Positions 50,068 to 58,454 of a stretch of DNA of 64,000 nucleotides are shown here, piece by piece (positions within the stretch are counted from its first letter, which is position 1; the number at the start of each line of letters is the position of its first letter). Under the pieces are notes generated by a model. That model saw only the letters and a list, made by a program, of their open reading frames with translations, had not been told where the DNA came from and searched no databases. Where the stretch lies: the NCBI GenBank assembly GCA_963667845.2, contig CAXXVL010000002.1, positions 480,001-544,000 of the forward strand. Direction: 5' to 3'. Made by a program: the position numbers and the translations under genes. Source of the stretch: Smithellaceae bacterium. GTDB taxonomy: Bacteria > Desulfobacterota > Syntrophia > Syntrophales > Smithellaceae.

Positions 50068-50958
50068 ATGAAAATATACAACAGCAGCTTATCTGTCGAG
50101 GTCATAATGAAATATAAAAAGCTCTTCCCGGATAGCAGAATCAACGTTCTGAGAAGCTTTGCTGTTCTGGATGCCGATGTTGCCTTGTTGTGCAAGAGGT
50201 TCCGTCCGCATATCGGAGGCCTGATTTTAGATTCAGGAACATGGACGTTGAATCAGGCGCCGGCAGCAATAGCTGCGAACATTACGGTTGAGAAATATAT
50301 AGCGTATCTGCGCACGGCGGCGAAGTATTTTAACTTCTATTTCAATTTTGACTCAAACTTTGAATCGGATGGTTTTGAGGAAAACTACGCCAATCAGCTC
50401 AAGATCGAGGCAAGCGGGTTTTCTCCGGTGCCGGTGGTTCACGACATTGAAGGCAAGGAAATTCAAACATACATCAACAGAAATTATCAGCGTGTTGCCC
50501 TTGGGTCGAAACAAATAAAGACTCTGGCAACCCTCAAAAAAGTTATGCGGAGGTTCGAAGGCACTGGTATCAAGGTACACCTCTTCGGTCAGACAAATGT
50601 TAACCTGCTGGCTGACACACCCATCCATTCCTGTGACACTGCCATGTGGGCTAGAGAAGGCGGCTGGGGAAAAATCCGTTACTGGAATCCTCAAAAAGAA
50701 GGCGAAAATAAAACAGACCGCATTTACATGGAGGAATACATCCATACGGACCCCAATGATGGAATAACTTTTTCAAAGTATCGGTACCGCAGAGAATTTG
50801 AGGAATATTTGTGGAATACATTCAAGCTCAAGCATGATGATTTGATTGGCAAGGATGGACATAACAATAAGCAGCTTGTCAATTTACACTACTTTGTGCA
50901 GCTTGAAAAATTCATCACTGACATTCACAAAAAGAAGGGCTTTGAAACGGATGAATAA
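50068..50958 (+). CDS. TGT-fold (DpdA-like) guanine transglycosylase homolog
   Basis: Ordered motifs LILDSG, YFNFD, PVPVVH, VALG, KVHLFG, HSCDT..W; AAGGAG RBS; no CxCxxC zinc site. Confidence 0.72.
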   Translation: MKIYNSSLSVEVIMKYKKLFPDSRINVLRSFAVLDADVALLCKRFRPHIGGLILDSGTWTLNQAPAAIAANITVEKYIAYLRTAAKYFNFYFNFDSNFESDGFEENYANQLKIEASGFSPVPVVHDIEGKEIQTYINRNYQRVALGSKQIKTLATLKKVMRRFEGTGIKVHLFGQTNVNLLADTPIHSCDTAMWAREGGWGKIRYWNPQKEGENKTDRIYMEEYIHTDPNDGITFSKYRYRREFEEYLWNTFKLKHDDLIGKDGHNNKQLVNLHYFVQLEKFITDIHKKKGFETDE

Positions 50959-51003
50959 TCAAATGGTAAATCTGACTGAGGCGCGGAATAGAACTGGAAT
51001 AGC

Positions 51004-51028
51004 AAAAGCGCAGCGGTCTGCGTTTTTT
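51004..51028 (+). terminator. Terminator after the TGT-like gene
   Basis: aaaagcgcag-cggt-ctgcgtttttt. Confidence 0.6.
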
Positions 51029-51227
51029 GAGAAAGGAGGAAAATGATTATGATCTAATACAATATTAATCAATCCAATATCGTGCGGCTAATTATGGGTA
51101 AGCGGGGTTGTCTCCAGGTGGGGCAACCCTTTTTTATTGCCCGTGACTCTAACAAATAGCACCTGCATCTGGCGGGCGCTTTATCATTGGTGAACTTTAA
51201 AGAAGTTCAAAGAAAGTGAGTTTTAAA

Positions 51228-52202
51228 ATGGAAAATTTTACAGCGAAAGATAAAAAAATATTTGATGACATGAAGCAATGTGTCAAAGATTTTGGATTAA
51301 ACATTGCAAATGAAAAAAGTGATGATGGAGTCCTTAGCTGGTTCTCCATGGTTGATTACCCTGGTTACAATCTTGGCATCATTTTCTCTTATACCCCATC
51401 GCACAGTCTTGTTGAAGTTTATATGCGATATGCTGCTTTACCTATCGAGACGATCCCTGCCATGTTTGAATTGCTCAACCACATTAACAGTAATTTGAGT
51501 TTGAATCACTATTTCATCGATCCAGAAACGAAAACGCTTGTGCTTCGGTCAGGTATTTACGTGACAAACTATTTTCTTAATAAGGAAATGTTTAAAATGG
51601 TCATACGGCAGAATCTCGGCATAAGCGACAGCTTCATGCCTTTGATCAAGAAATTAATATTTACTGATCAAAATCCCCAATCCATAATGGATGAATTCTA
51701 TGCAATGAAGGACAAAATACCCACAGAATCTCTTGAAGTAGACAGGAAATCGAAAGAACAACAGGCTGCACAAAAGAGGCCTTTCATTATTCATGGCTGT
51801 GCAGATTTGCCGGTATTTCCTACACACTCGCATGGGATGACAGAATTAGGCATGCCTGAGTTTCTCATAAACCACCAGGCATTCGGTCCAAAGCAAAATG
51901 GAGGCCTTATCGGGGCGTCCTATGATTATTTTTGTAATCCGGAAAATACCCTTAAACTTGATGCCATCAAGAATGGCGAAACGGTGAAATTGACTGTTAC
52001 GGATCTCAAGCCGGATGCCCGTTCAGATACATATGCTTATTGCTTCAGACGCGTTTATCCGGAATTTGAAATGGTTAAAAAGGCATATGATCTTGATGAT
52101 CCGAATCAGGTTAGTCCCGACACATGGTTTGTCCAGATTTACGTTGGAGGAGACGATTTTGCTCTGACTGACGATTATTACAAGGATGGGAGCAAGCGGT
52201 AG
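51228..52202 (+). CDS. YbjN-like (T3SS-chaperone fold) domain plus a C-terminal domain with THSHG..LGMPEF motif
   Basis: MFELLNHIN...YFIDPETKTLVLR pattern in the N-terminal half. Confidence 0.55.
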   Translation: MENFTAKDKKIFDDMKQCVKDFGLNIANEKSDDGVLSWFSMVDYPGYNLGIIFSYTPSHSLVEVYMRYAALPIETIPAMFELLNHINSNLSLNHYFIDPETKTLVLRSGIYVTNYFLNKEMFKMVIRQNLGISDSFMPLIKKLIFTDQNPQSIMDEFYAMKDKIPTESLEVDRKSKEQQAAQKRPFIIHGCADLPVFPTHSHGMTELGMPEFLINHQAFGPKQNGGLIGASYDYFCNPENTLKLDAIKNGETVKLTVTDLKPDARSDTYAYCFRRVYPEFEMVKKAYDLDDPNQVSPDTWFVQIYVGGDDFALTDDYYKDGSKR

Positions 52203-52297
52203 TTTAGTTATTAATAATTTTAATCATAAAAGGGGAAAGCAACGTCAACGCGTCTGTTTTCCCCTTTTTATTTATCGTTCATATAAAGGAGTAAAAA

Positions 52298-53311
52298 ATG
52301 AGTAAACATAAGAAAAATAGTAATAAAGTTGTAAGGGACATGAAAGAATGTTTTCAGTCCCTTGATCTTCCAATAGTCAATGGGAAAAAGGAAGATTCTT
52401 ATGACTTCATGTCAAACGTCGATAACAATAATCTACTTGCGAGAATCTATATAGAATATCAGGTGGCATTTGAATACGTTAATATCAACTTCAGTCTAGG
52501 TAATATCCCATCGGATAAAATTACTGAAATGCTAAAAATGATAAACCTGATAAATGGAACTAACCATTTTCACCAATATTCAATTTGTCCATGCTGTAAC
52601 GAGATTCTTGCACATTCTCAATTATTCATACCGGGGAATAATTTACCAAAAGACAAGTTCAATTGGCTTATCCGCGACCTGCTTGAAAGCGCGAATATCT
52701 TGTATCCATTGATGGGCATAACTCTCTTCAAGGGTGGCGACTTGGATAAATATTACGGCATATACAGGGATACCATGCGGGAAAGTAGGTCTTGCGGAAA
52801 TGGCCTCAGTGAAGAAATGGAGGAAAAGGTATTAAAGGATTTGGTGTCTGTATTTGCAGATTTCACAATTGCCGTTTCTGATGAAAACAGCATTAAGCAT
52901 GGATATTATATAGAAAGCACGCATCCTGAAGATATTGAATTACTCTTCCGCATCGGTACAAGATTGGATACTGAAAATAGAATTGTAATTATTTCTGGCG
53001 CTCCTGGTCTTATTGTTCCGGACGAGAAGATGGCGGTCATGATGGAACTGATTAATAGGATTAACAGACTCTTGGGATCGCAACATTTATTTATTGATCC
53101 TGAAGATAAAAGAACCATCTTGTTGACTGGTATCCTTCTTGAGAATGGAATCCTCCGAAAAGAAGAATTCCGAAAAGCTTTTGAGATGATGACAATGAGC
53201 GTTCTGTGTTGGTTTCCGATCTTCAAGGAAATGGTCACATCCGGCGGGATATCTGCTGAGCTAATTCGAAAACGCATCCCCTGTTATAAAGACCAGACCA
53301 CAATGCATTGA
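52298..53311 (+). CDS. Protein with two tandem YbjN-like domains
   Basis: IPSDKITEMLKMINLIN and VPDEKMAVMMELINRIN...LFIDPED repeats. Confidence 0.55.
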   Translation: MSKHKKNSNKVVRDMKECFQSLDLPIVNGKKEDSYDFMSNVDNNNLLARIYIEYQVAFEYVNINFSLGNIPSDKITEMLKMINLINGTNHFHQYSICPCCNEILAHSQLFIPGNNLPKDKFNWLIRDLLESANILYPLMGITLFKGGDLDKYYGIYRDTMRESRSCGNGLSEEMEEKVLKDLVSVFADFTIAVSDENSIKHGYYIESTHPEDIELLFRIGTRLDTENRIVIISGAPGLIVPDEKMAVMMELINRINRLLGSQHLFIDPEDKRTILLTGILLENGILRKEEFRKAFEMMTMSVLCWFPIFKEMVTSGGISAELIRKRIPCYKDQTTMH

Positions 53312-53520
53312 TTTTTTGGATGGCAATCATTTCTTCTGACAATTATTGCAGGATGAAGTATCCATTTAAAAAATAACAATTTAGCAAAAGGGGCTCATTT
53401 CTCTTCATCGGGAATGAGCCTCTTTTTATTTCATCCCATTCAATCCACAAGAAACAATCCCGAACCAATCTGTCTTGTTGCCTAGAACAAATATTAAAAA
53501 TTATAAAGGAGGACTACATC

Positions 53521-53733
53521 ATGGAATCAAGAAACAATGTTCAAATCAATTTATCCATACCCGAGCAATATCGCAATCTGCTCAGGCGTATGGCGGCGGA
53601 GAGGGTCATGTCAGATCCAAGTCAAGTTGTAACCGGATCGTCAATCGCAACGGAATTGCTGATGGCGGCATTAAATGAAAGCGGAAAATTTGATCACGTA
53701 GAGGGAGGGAAAACAAATGATATATCCAGCTAA
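53521..53733 (+). CDS. Small ribbon-helix-helix-like DNA-binding protein
   Basis: VQINLSIPEQYRNLLRRMAAE; AAGGAGG RBS; overlaps the primase start. Confidence 0.6.
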   Translation: MESRNNVQINLSIPEQYRNLLRRMAAERVMSDPSQVVTGSSIATELLMAALNESGKFDHVEGGKTNDISS

Positions 53734-54622
53734 TTTATCAAAACAAGAATCGCTAAGTATGGCGACCAATTTTCTACAAACCATGTTCTACTCATCCATA
53801 AACCAAAAGGCGGGTGAAATTGAAATAAGAATATTTAGACCCCAAGCAGCATCTCATTTTTTTAGCTCTGTTCAAGCCGCAGCTGAATTAACTATCGACC
53901 TTTGCAATCAAGGTTTAGACGTTTATGTCGGCGTTAATCCCAGAACAGGACAGAAGGGGAAAAAAGAGAATGTGCACTATCTGTCTTCCTTTCACGCAGA
54001 AATTGATTACGGCAGCATTGGCCATAAAAAGGAAACAGAATTTGCAAATTACGAAGAAGCGATGGACAGGATCAATAATTTTCATTTGCAACCTTCTGCC
54101 GCTATTCATTCCGGCGGCGGTTTCCATTGCTATTGGGTTTTAAAAACTCCATTACGCGTATCAGATTATGGAATAGCTACACTGGAAAATATCAACAAAG
54201 CACTCACTCAATCTCTTAATGGCGATCCGGGAACCCATGATATTTCGAGGGTGCTGCGTGTTCCAGGGACTTTCAATTTCAAGAAGCCGGAGAATCCCAG
54301 ACCAGTTGAAATAATATCTATAAGTGGTTTGACGTATGAGTATGATGATTTTGGCGAAGTGCTGGCGACCATAAAAGATGAACCCATTAAAGCAAAGAGC
54401 AAACCGGAAAAAGAAATTGTTCCATCAGGTGATATGCCAGCACCAATGGTTAGTACACCCGAAATCATAAAACCGACGTATGCTGATGCATACCAAAACA
54501 GGGCATCTAATTATTTTATACTGGGCAATAAAGAGATGGGTTGCCGTGATACGCAAAAAATGTGTGAATTGGGTAACTGCAAAACATTAGAAGTGGCTAA
54601 ACGTAAGGGATACTGCCGTTGA
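53717..54622 (+). CDS. RepB-like (AEP superfamily) primase domain, probably truncated and fused to a TPR-protein tail
   Basis: VYVGVNPR, HAEID, SGGGFHCYW, DISRVLRVPGTFNFK; the tail YADAYQNRA...GCRD.QK.CELGNC is TPR-like. Confidence 0.75.
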   Translation: MIYPANLSKQESLSMATNFLQTMFYSSINQKAGEIEIRIFRPQAASHFFSSVQAAAELTIDLCNQGLDVYVGVNPRTGQKGKKENVHYLSSFHAEIDYGSIGHKKETEFANYEEAMDRINNFHLQPSAAIHSGGGFHCYWVLKTPLRVSDYGIATLENINKALTQSLNGDPGTHDISRVLRVPGTFNFKKPENPRPVEIISISGLTYEYDDFGEVLATIKDEPIKAKSKPEKEIVPSGDMPAPMVSTPEIIKPTYADAYQNRASNYFILGNKEMGCRDTQKMCELGNCKTLEVAKRKGYCR

Positions 54623-54709
54623 TTTGATGAGGAATTTTAAAACCGATTGACAAAAGGAGCGCACGAGAACATTAACCCCCCGCTGAGAGCAGAGCATGGT
54701 AATGTGTTC

Positions 54710-54861
54710 GGTACTGTCAACAATCTTTCGCACTTTTTGATTTAGCAATCCAACAATCCGGTTGGCGTTCATGCCATTTCCACGATATTTTCTGTCAATC
54801 TGTCCATATTCAGATATTGACGCATACCTCACCTTGTGGCAGCGACGTGCCGGAGCCTGGC
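54710..54861 (-). pseudogene. IS256-family remnant: transposase C-terminus and right end
   Basis: Minus strand ARLRHVAATR*GMRQYLNMDRLTENIVEMA* followed by aagtgcgaaagattgttgacagtacc. Confidence 0.75.
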
Positions 54862-54891
54862 TTTTTGCGAGGAATAATCCCTAATTCATAA

Positions 54892-54919
54892 ATCTTAAGT
54901 ATTATGAAATACTTAAGAT
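54892..54919. other. Candidate tyrosine-recombinase core site (11-6-11 inverted repeat)
   Basis: ATCTTAAGTAT-tatgaa-ATACTTAAGAT, 140 bp upstream of the recombinase gene. Confidence 0.65.
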
Positions 54920-55058
54920 AAGTCCCTCGATAAATTCCCCTTAAAAATCAATAATATATTAGTAATTATAATGGCTTGTGAATATTTTGGTTTATTTCCT
55001 ATATTAAGTATTATATACAATTAATTGATATTACTTAATATTTAAGGAGGAAAACGCA

Positions 55059-55685
55059 ATGAAAGAAAAAAACGGAAAGCAGAATATTTCAAATAATCCA
55101 AACCATCCCCCAAAAGGTTCATCTACAACTGTCGATCCAATCAGGGATGAAAAAAACATCAAGGCAATCCGTAAACTTTTATCCGATAACCCTAGAAATC
55201 ATCTTTTATTCGTCATGGGGATAAACAACGGATTAAGAACCGGCGATCTTCTTAAACTGAAAGCAGAAGACGTCCGTCATTTGAAAGAAGGCGATAGTAT
55301 CAACATTAGGGAGGGTAAAACTGGCAAACAGAATATTTTGGTTATTAATAAAACCGTTCATAAAGTTCTCAGCCATTACCTGACAGAATGCAAACCAAGC
55401 GACGATGATTATCTGTTCAAAAGCAGAAAAGGCAATAGGCCAATCACCATTCAAACCGTCAATGCCTATTTAAAGCAATGGACTTCGGCAATCAATATGA
55501 AAGGCAATTATGGAGCACATTCGTTGCGGAAGACCTGGGGCTATTTTCAGCGCAAGATATTCGGTGTTGGCTTTGAGATTTTGTGCAAACGATACAATCA
55601 TTCAAACCCGGCTGTAACTATGCGATATTTGGGCATAACAGACAAGGAAGTCGAAAATATTCTTACCAATAATGAAATTGGCTAA
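55059..55685 (+). CDS. Small tyrosine recombinase (catalytic domain only)
   Basis: GLRTGD (R), EGKTGK (K), HSLRKT (HxxR), YNHS (H), TMRYLG (Y). Confidence 0.92.
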   Translation: MKEKNGKQNISNNPNHPPKGSSTTVDPIRDEKNIKAIRKLLSDNPRNHLLFVMGINNGLRTGDLLKLKAEDVRHLKEGDSINIREGKTGKQNILVINKTVHKVLSHYLTECKPSDDDYLFKSRKGNRPITIQTVNAYLKQWTSAINMKGNYGAHSLRKTWGYFQRKIFGVGFEILCKRYNHSNPAVTMRYLGITDKEVENILTNNEIG

Positions 55686-55965
55686 AAGTAAATCCAAAGC
55701 CAGCAGGATTGATAAGGATTGTGAAAAGTTAATAAAACTATATTTTTTTTATCATTAATTCGGTCAATCCTATTTTCGAAATTCATTTAAACATTGAAAA
55801 ATCAATATTGCAACATATTGATATTACACATAATAAAAAAGTATCAGATTAAGTGCTTAGAAAATCATATCGTACTGTATAATTCAATTATGGGTAGAGA
55901 GCAGAACAAGAAGTGTTCCAATATGCAAAATTTTTGAAGATGGAAATCAACAGGAGGAAGTCGTC

Positions 55966-57789
55966 ATGGGATTACGCTTTGCACCATTGATTAGAGTTTC
56001 TACGGAAAGGCAGGAAAAAAAAGGTGAGTCATTGGCAACACAGCGAAAACAACTAGAAGCAGCAATCAAAAGCTTAAATGGTACAGTTTATAAATGGTAT
56101 GCAGGGCAGGAACACGCCACGCCTGATCATGAGAGAATAATACTCGATGAAATAATGGCGGACGCGCAAGCAGGCAGGTTCGATGCCATAATGGTTGCTG
56201 ATATTAGCCGATGGTCACGCGACAATCAAAAGAGCAAAAACCATCTCAGCATTTTGAAGAAAAAGCAAATTCAATTTTACTGGCTAGAGCGGCACATGGA
56301 TTTAACTGTGCCATTCAATAATCTAATGATTGGCATGGGAACTGAAATCAATGAATTTTTCGCAGCAGAGCAAGGCTACAAATCCCTTATTAATAAAATT
56401 GAACTGGCTAAAAAAGGTTATCCCTCCTGCGGACAAATTCCTTATGGTCGAAAATTTGACGAAGAATCAATGAAATGGGAGATTGACGAAGAAAAAAGAA
56501 GAATCATGATAGATGCGGCTGACCGCTATTTGAAAGGTGAAGGCTTACGAACCATTGCTGCTTCTCACAGGATGAATCTGCCAAATCTTCATAAACTTCT
56601 AAAGGAAAGATCAGGCGATACATGGGAGGTACATTTCAAATCTAAAGATTTCAATATTGACGAAACCATAATTATAAATGTGCCAAGGCTTCTACCGCAA
56701 AATGTTATTGATGAGATAAAAAAACACTCAGAGTCAAATAAAACTTTCACTCATGGCCATTCAAAAAATAAATATCTTTTATCAAGGATGATTTTTTGTG
56801 ATGAATGCGACCATCCATTAACCGGGACGCCAAGTCATGGAAACCTCTATTACAGACATTCAAGGGATTGGGGCTGTAAAAGTTATAATTCCATACCTGC
56901 TGATATTATTGAAAGCGCTGTAATTGAGGACATCTTCCAGATGCTTGGTGATTTACCGCGAATCGAACAGGCCGCAAAAGCTGCTTTACCGAATGTAAAG
57001 GAACAGGATGATCTAAAACATGAGATTAAGCAGGCTGAAAAGGAACTCCTGAAAATTAAAAAGATGAAAGGCAAGCTGCTTGATTTAGCGGAAAGTGGCT
57101 CACTTCATGATGATGATATTAAAGAGCGGATGGACAAACATAGAGAAACGGAAGCCCTTTTGAGATCAAGGATTGACATAGTAATGTCTAAACTTAAAAG
57201 TATTCCTTCCGAAAAAGATATAAAAAAAAGATCAGGTATAATTGTGCGATTTCGGCAAGAGTTCCTCAAAATGAAGAAACACCTTAATGATGAAATGACA
57301 TTTGACGACAAGAGAAAACTCCTACAATATGCATTTGATGGAAAAGATGACGATGGAAAGAGGTGCGGCGTCTATATTCGCAAAGCAGATAATGGCCGAT
57401 GGATTTATGAAATCAAAGGTCTGTTCCATGAAAATGGGATTATGAAAAAGATTAATCATGTTGATATAGTACCAAAGATTTATGCCGATGAAGACGAATA
57501 TGTTTATGAACCATTGGAAGATAATTCAGGCCCGATAATTGATAGCTCCATAGATGCCAATGTCCCGGCCGCTGAAGCAAGAGCAAGTTATATACAAAGG
57601 ACAAGGGAACATGATAATAAGCATAAACAAGATATGCATCGTCTAAACAAGTGCCATGCCGGAATCGATTTTCTCTTCGCGTACCGCTTTTTGCACGGAT
57701 TCCGTGATATCAATCATCTCAAATCGCGAGTGGCTGCGAATGGATATTTCCTTCATAACGAACCCTCGCTTATTCTGCGGCCACTTTAA
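55966..57789 (+). CDS. Large serine recombinase (integrase)
   Basis: IRVSTERQ catalytic Ser, DISRWSR, IPYGR recombinase domain, CDECDH zinc ribbon, coiled coil. Confidence 0.93.
   Translation: MGLRFAPLIRVSTERQEKKGESLATQRKQLEAAIKSLNGTVYKWYAGQEHATPDHERIILDEIMADAQAGRFDAIMVADISRWSRDNQKSKNHLSILKKKQIQFYWLERHMDLTVPFNNLMIGMGTEINEFFAAEQGYKSLINKIELAKKGYPSCGQIPYGRKFDEESMKWEIDEEKRRIMIDAADRYLKGEGLRTIAASHRMNLPNLHKLLKERSGDTWEVHFKSKDFNIDETIIINVPRLLPQNVIDEIKKHSESNKTFTHGHSKNKYLLSRMIFCDECDHPLTGTPSHGNLYYRHSRDWGCKSYNSIPADIIESAVIEDIFQMLGDLPRIEQAAKAALPNVKEQDDLKHEIKQAEKELLKIKKMKGKLLDLAESGSLHDDDIKERMDKHRETEALLRSRIDIVMSKLKSIPSEKDIKKRSGIIVRFRQEFLKMKKHLNDEMTFDDKRKLLQYAFDGKDDDGKRCGVYIRKADNGRWIYEIKGLFHENGIMKKINHVDIVPKIYADEDEYVYEPLEDNSGPIIDSSIDANVPAAEARASYIQRTREHDNKHKQDMHRLNKCHAGIDFLFAYRFLHGFRDINHLKSRVAANGYFLHNEPSLILRPL
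57643..57756 (-). pseudogene. yjbQ: 5' fragment of a YjbQ/UPF0047 family gene cut at the island boundary
   Basis: MKEISIRSHSRFEMIDITESVQKAVREEKIDSGMALV* then TMHI; GAGGG RBS; directly follows the Mla operon. Confidence 0.78.
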
Positions 57790-58441
57790 CGGCAGTGTAT
57801 ACGTCGCTGATGATGTCACGCGAGAGGACCTGCATGGCCTGGCTCGCGGCCTGACAGTATCCCAGGGGGGACGAATCCGCGAGGGGTTCTTCGCGGAAAT
57901 ATTTTTTCTGAAACATCATTCTTTTGCCGGTTTCTTTCTCCCTCGTGTCCTGCAGAGAGATGCTGATGCCGATAACCGCCGTTTTTTTGTCCTTATCAAT
58001 CCGCAGATAAAACTCGTCAACGCTTCCGGAGATGACAAATCGTCCTTCATCCGCCTCATAGCGGGAGAATACTGCCCCAAACAGGCCGCTCGTCCTCATA
58101 TCCTCCAGCAGGTCGTCGCATAACATGTCGGCCGGATGAACGGCCCACCGGGAGTAGTTAAAGGAATCAAGACTGTAAGGATCGTTACGGAAGATCATAT
58201 TCGTGGTATTGTAGGCGGCGGCTGAGGAGAAGCGGTTGAATTTGATAAAGGCCGGAAGCCTCACCTGTTTACTAAAGGACGGGGCCGTGTAACTCAATAG
58301 ATATTTTTCCACGCTGTACGATGGTTTGCCGGTCGATGCGCATCCGACAACGATAAGGAGGCATGAAACTGCCATCACCAGATAAACGCGTTGCCATCGT
58401 TTCCGAAAGCAACGCGGCGCAAGCCAAAAATTTTCCATCAC
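57770..58441 (-). CDS. ABC transport auxiliary lipoprotein (PqiC-like)
   Basis: Lipobox VVGC, YSRWAVHPADM, ISGSVDEF; last intact gene of the MCE operon. Confidence 0.82.
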   Translation of the reverse strand: MMENFWLAPRCFRKRWQRVYLVMAVSCLLIVVGCASTGKPSYSVEKYLLSYTAPSFSKQVRLPAFIKFNRFSSAAAYNTTNMIFRNDPYSLDSFNYSRWAVHPADMLCDDLLEDMRTSGLFGAVFSRYEADEGRFVISGSVDEFYLRIDKDKKTAVIGISISLQDTREKETGKRMMFQKKYFREEPLADSSPLGYCQAASQAMQVLSRDIISDVYTAVKVAAE

Positions 58442-58454
58442 GTCAGTCCTTTCG

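Larger units (their letters stand above)
47681..57640 (+). mobile_element. AT-rich genomic island between tRNA-Arg and a truncated yjbQ-like gene
   Basis: Abrupt compositional shift after the tRNA CCA; excisionase, primase, tyrosine and serine recombinases; host-like sequence resumes near 57640. Confidence 0.88.

Noticed and set aside
50068..50958. Calling this gene the housekeeping tgt
   Set aside because: Too divergent, no zinc-binding motif, and located in a mobile island.
55059..55685. Integron integrase
   Set aside because: Too short, lacks the IntI-specific insertion, and no attC-like sites were recognised.
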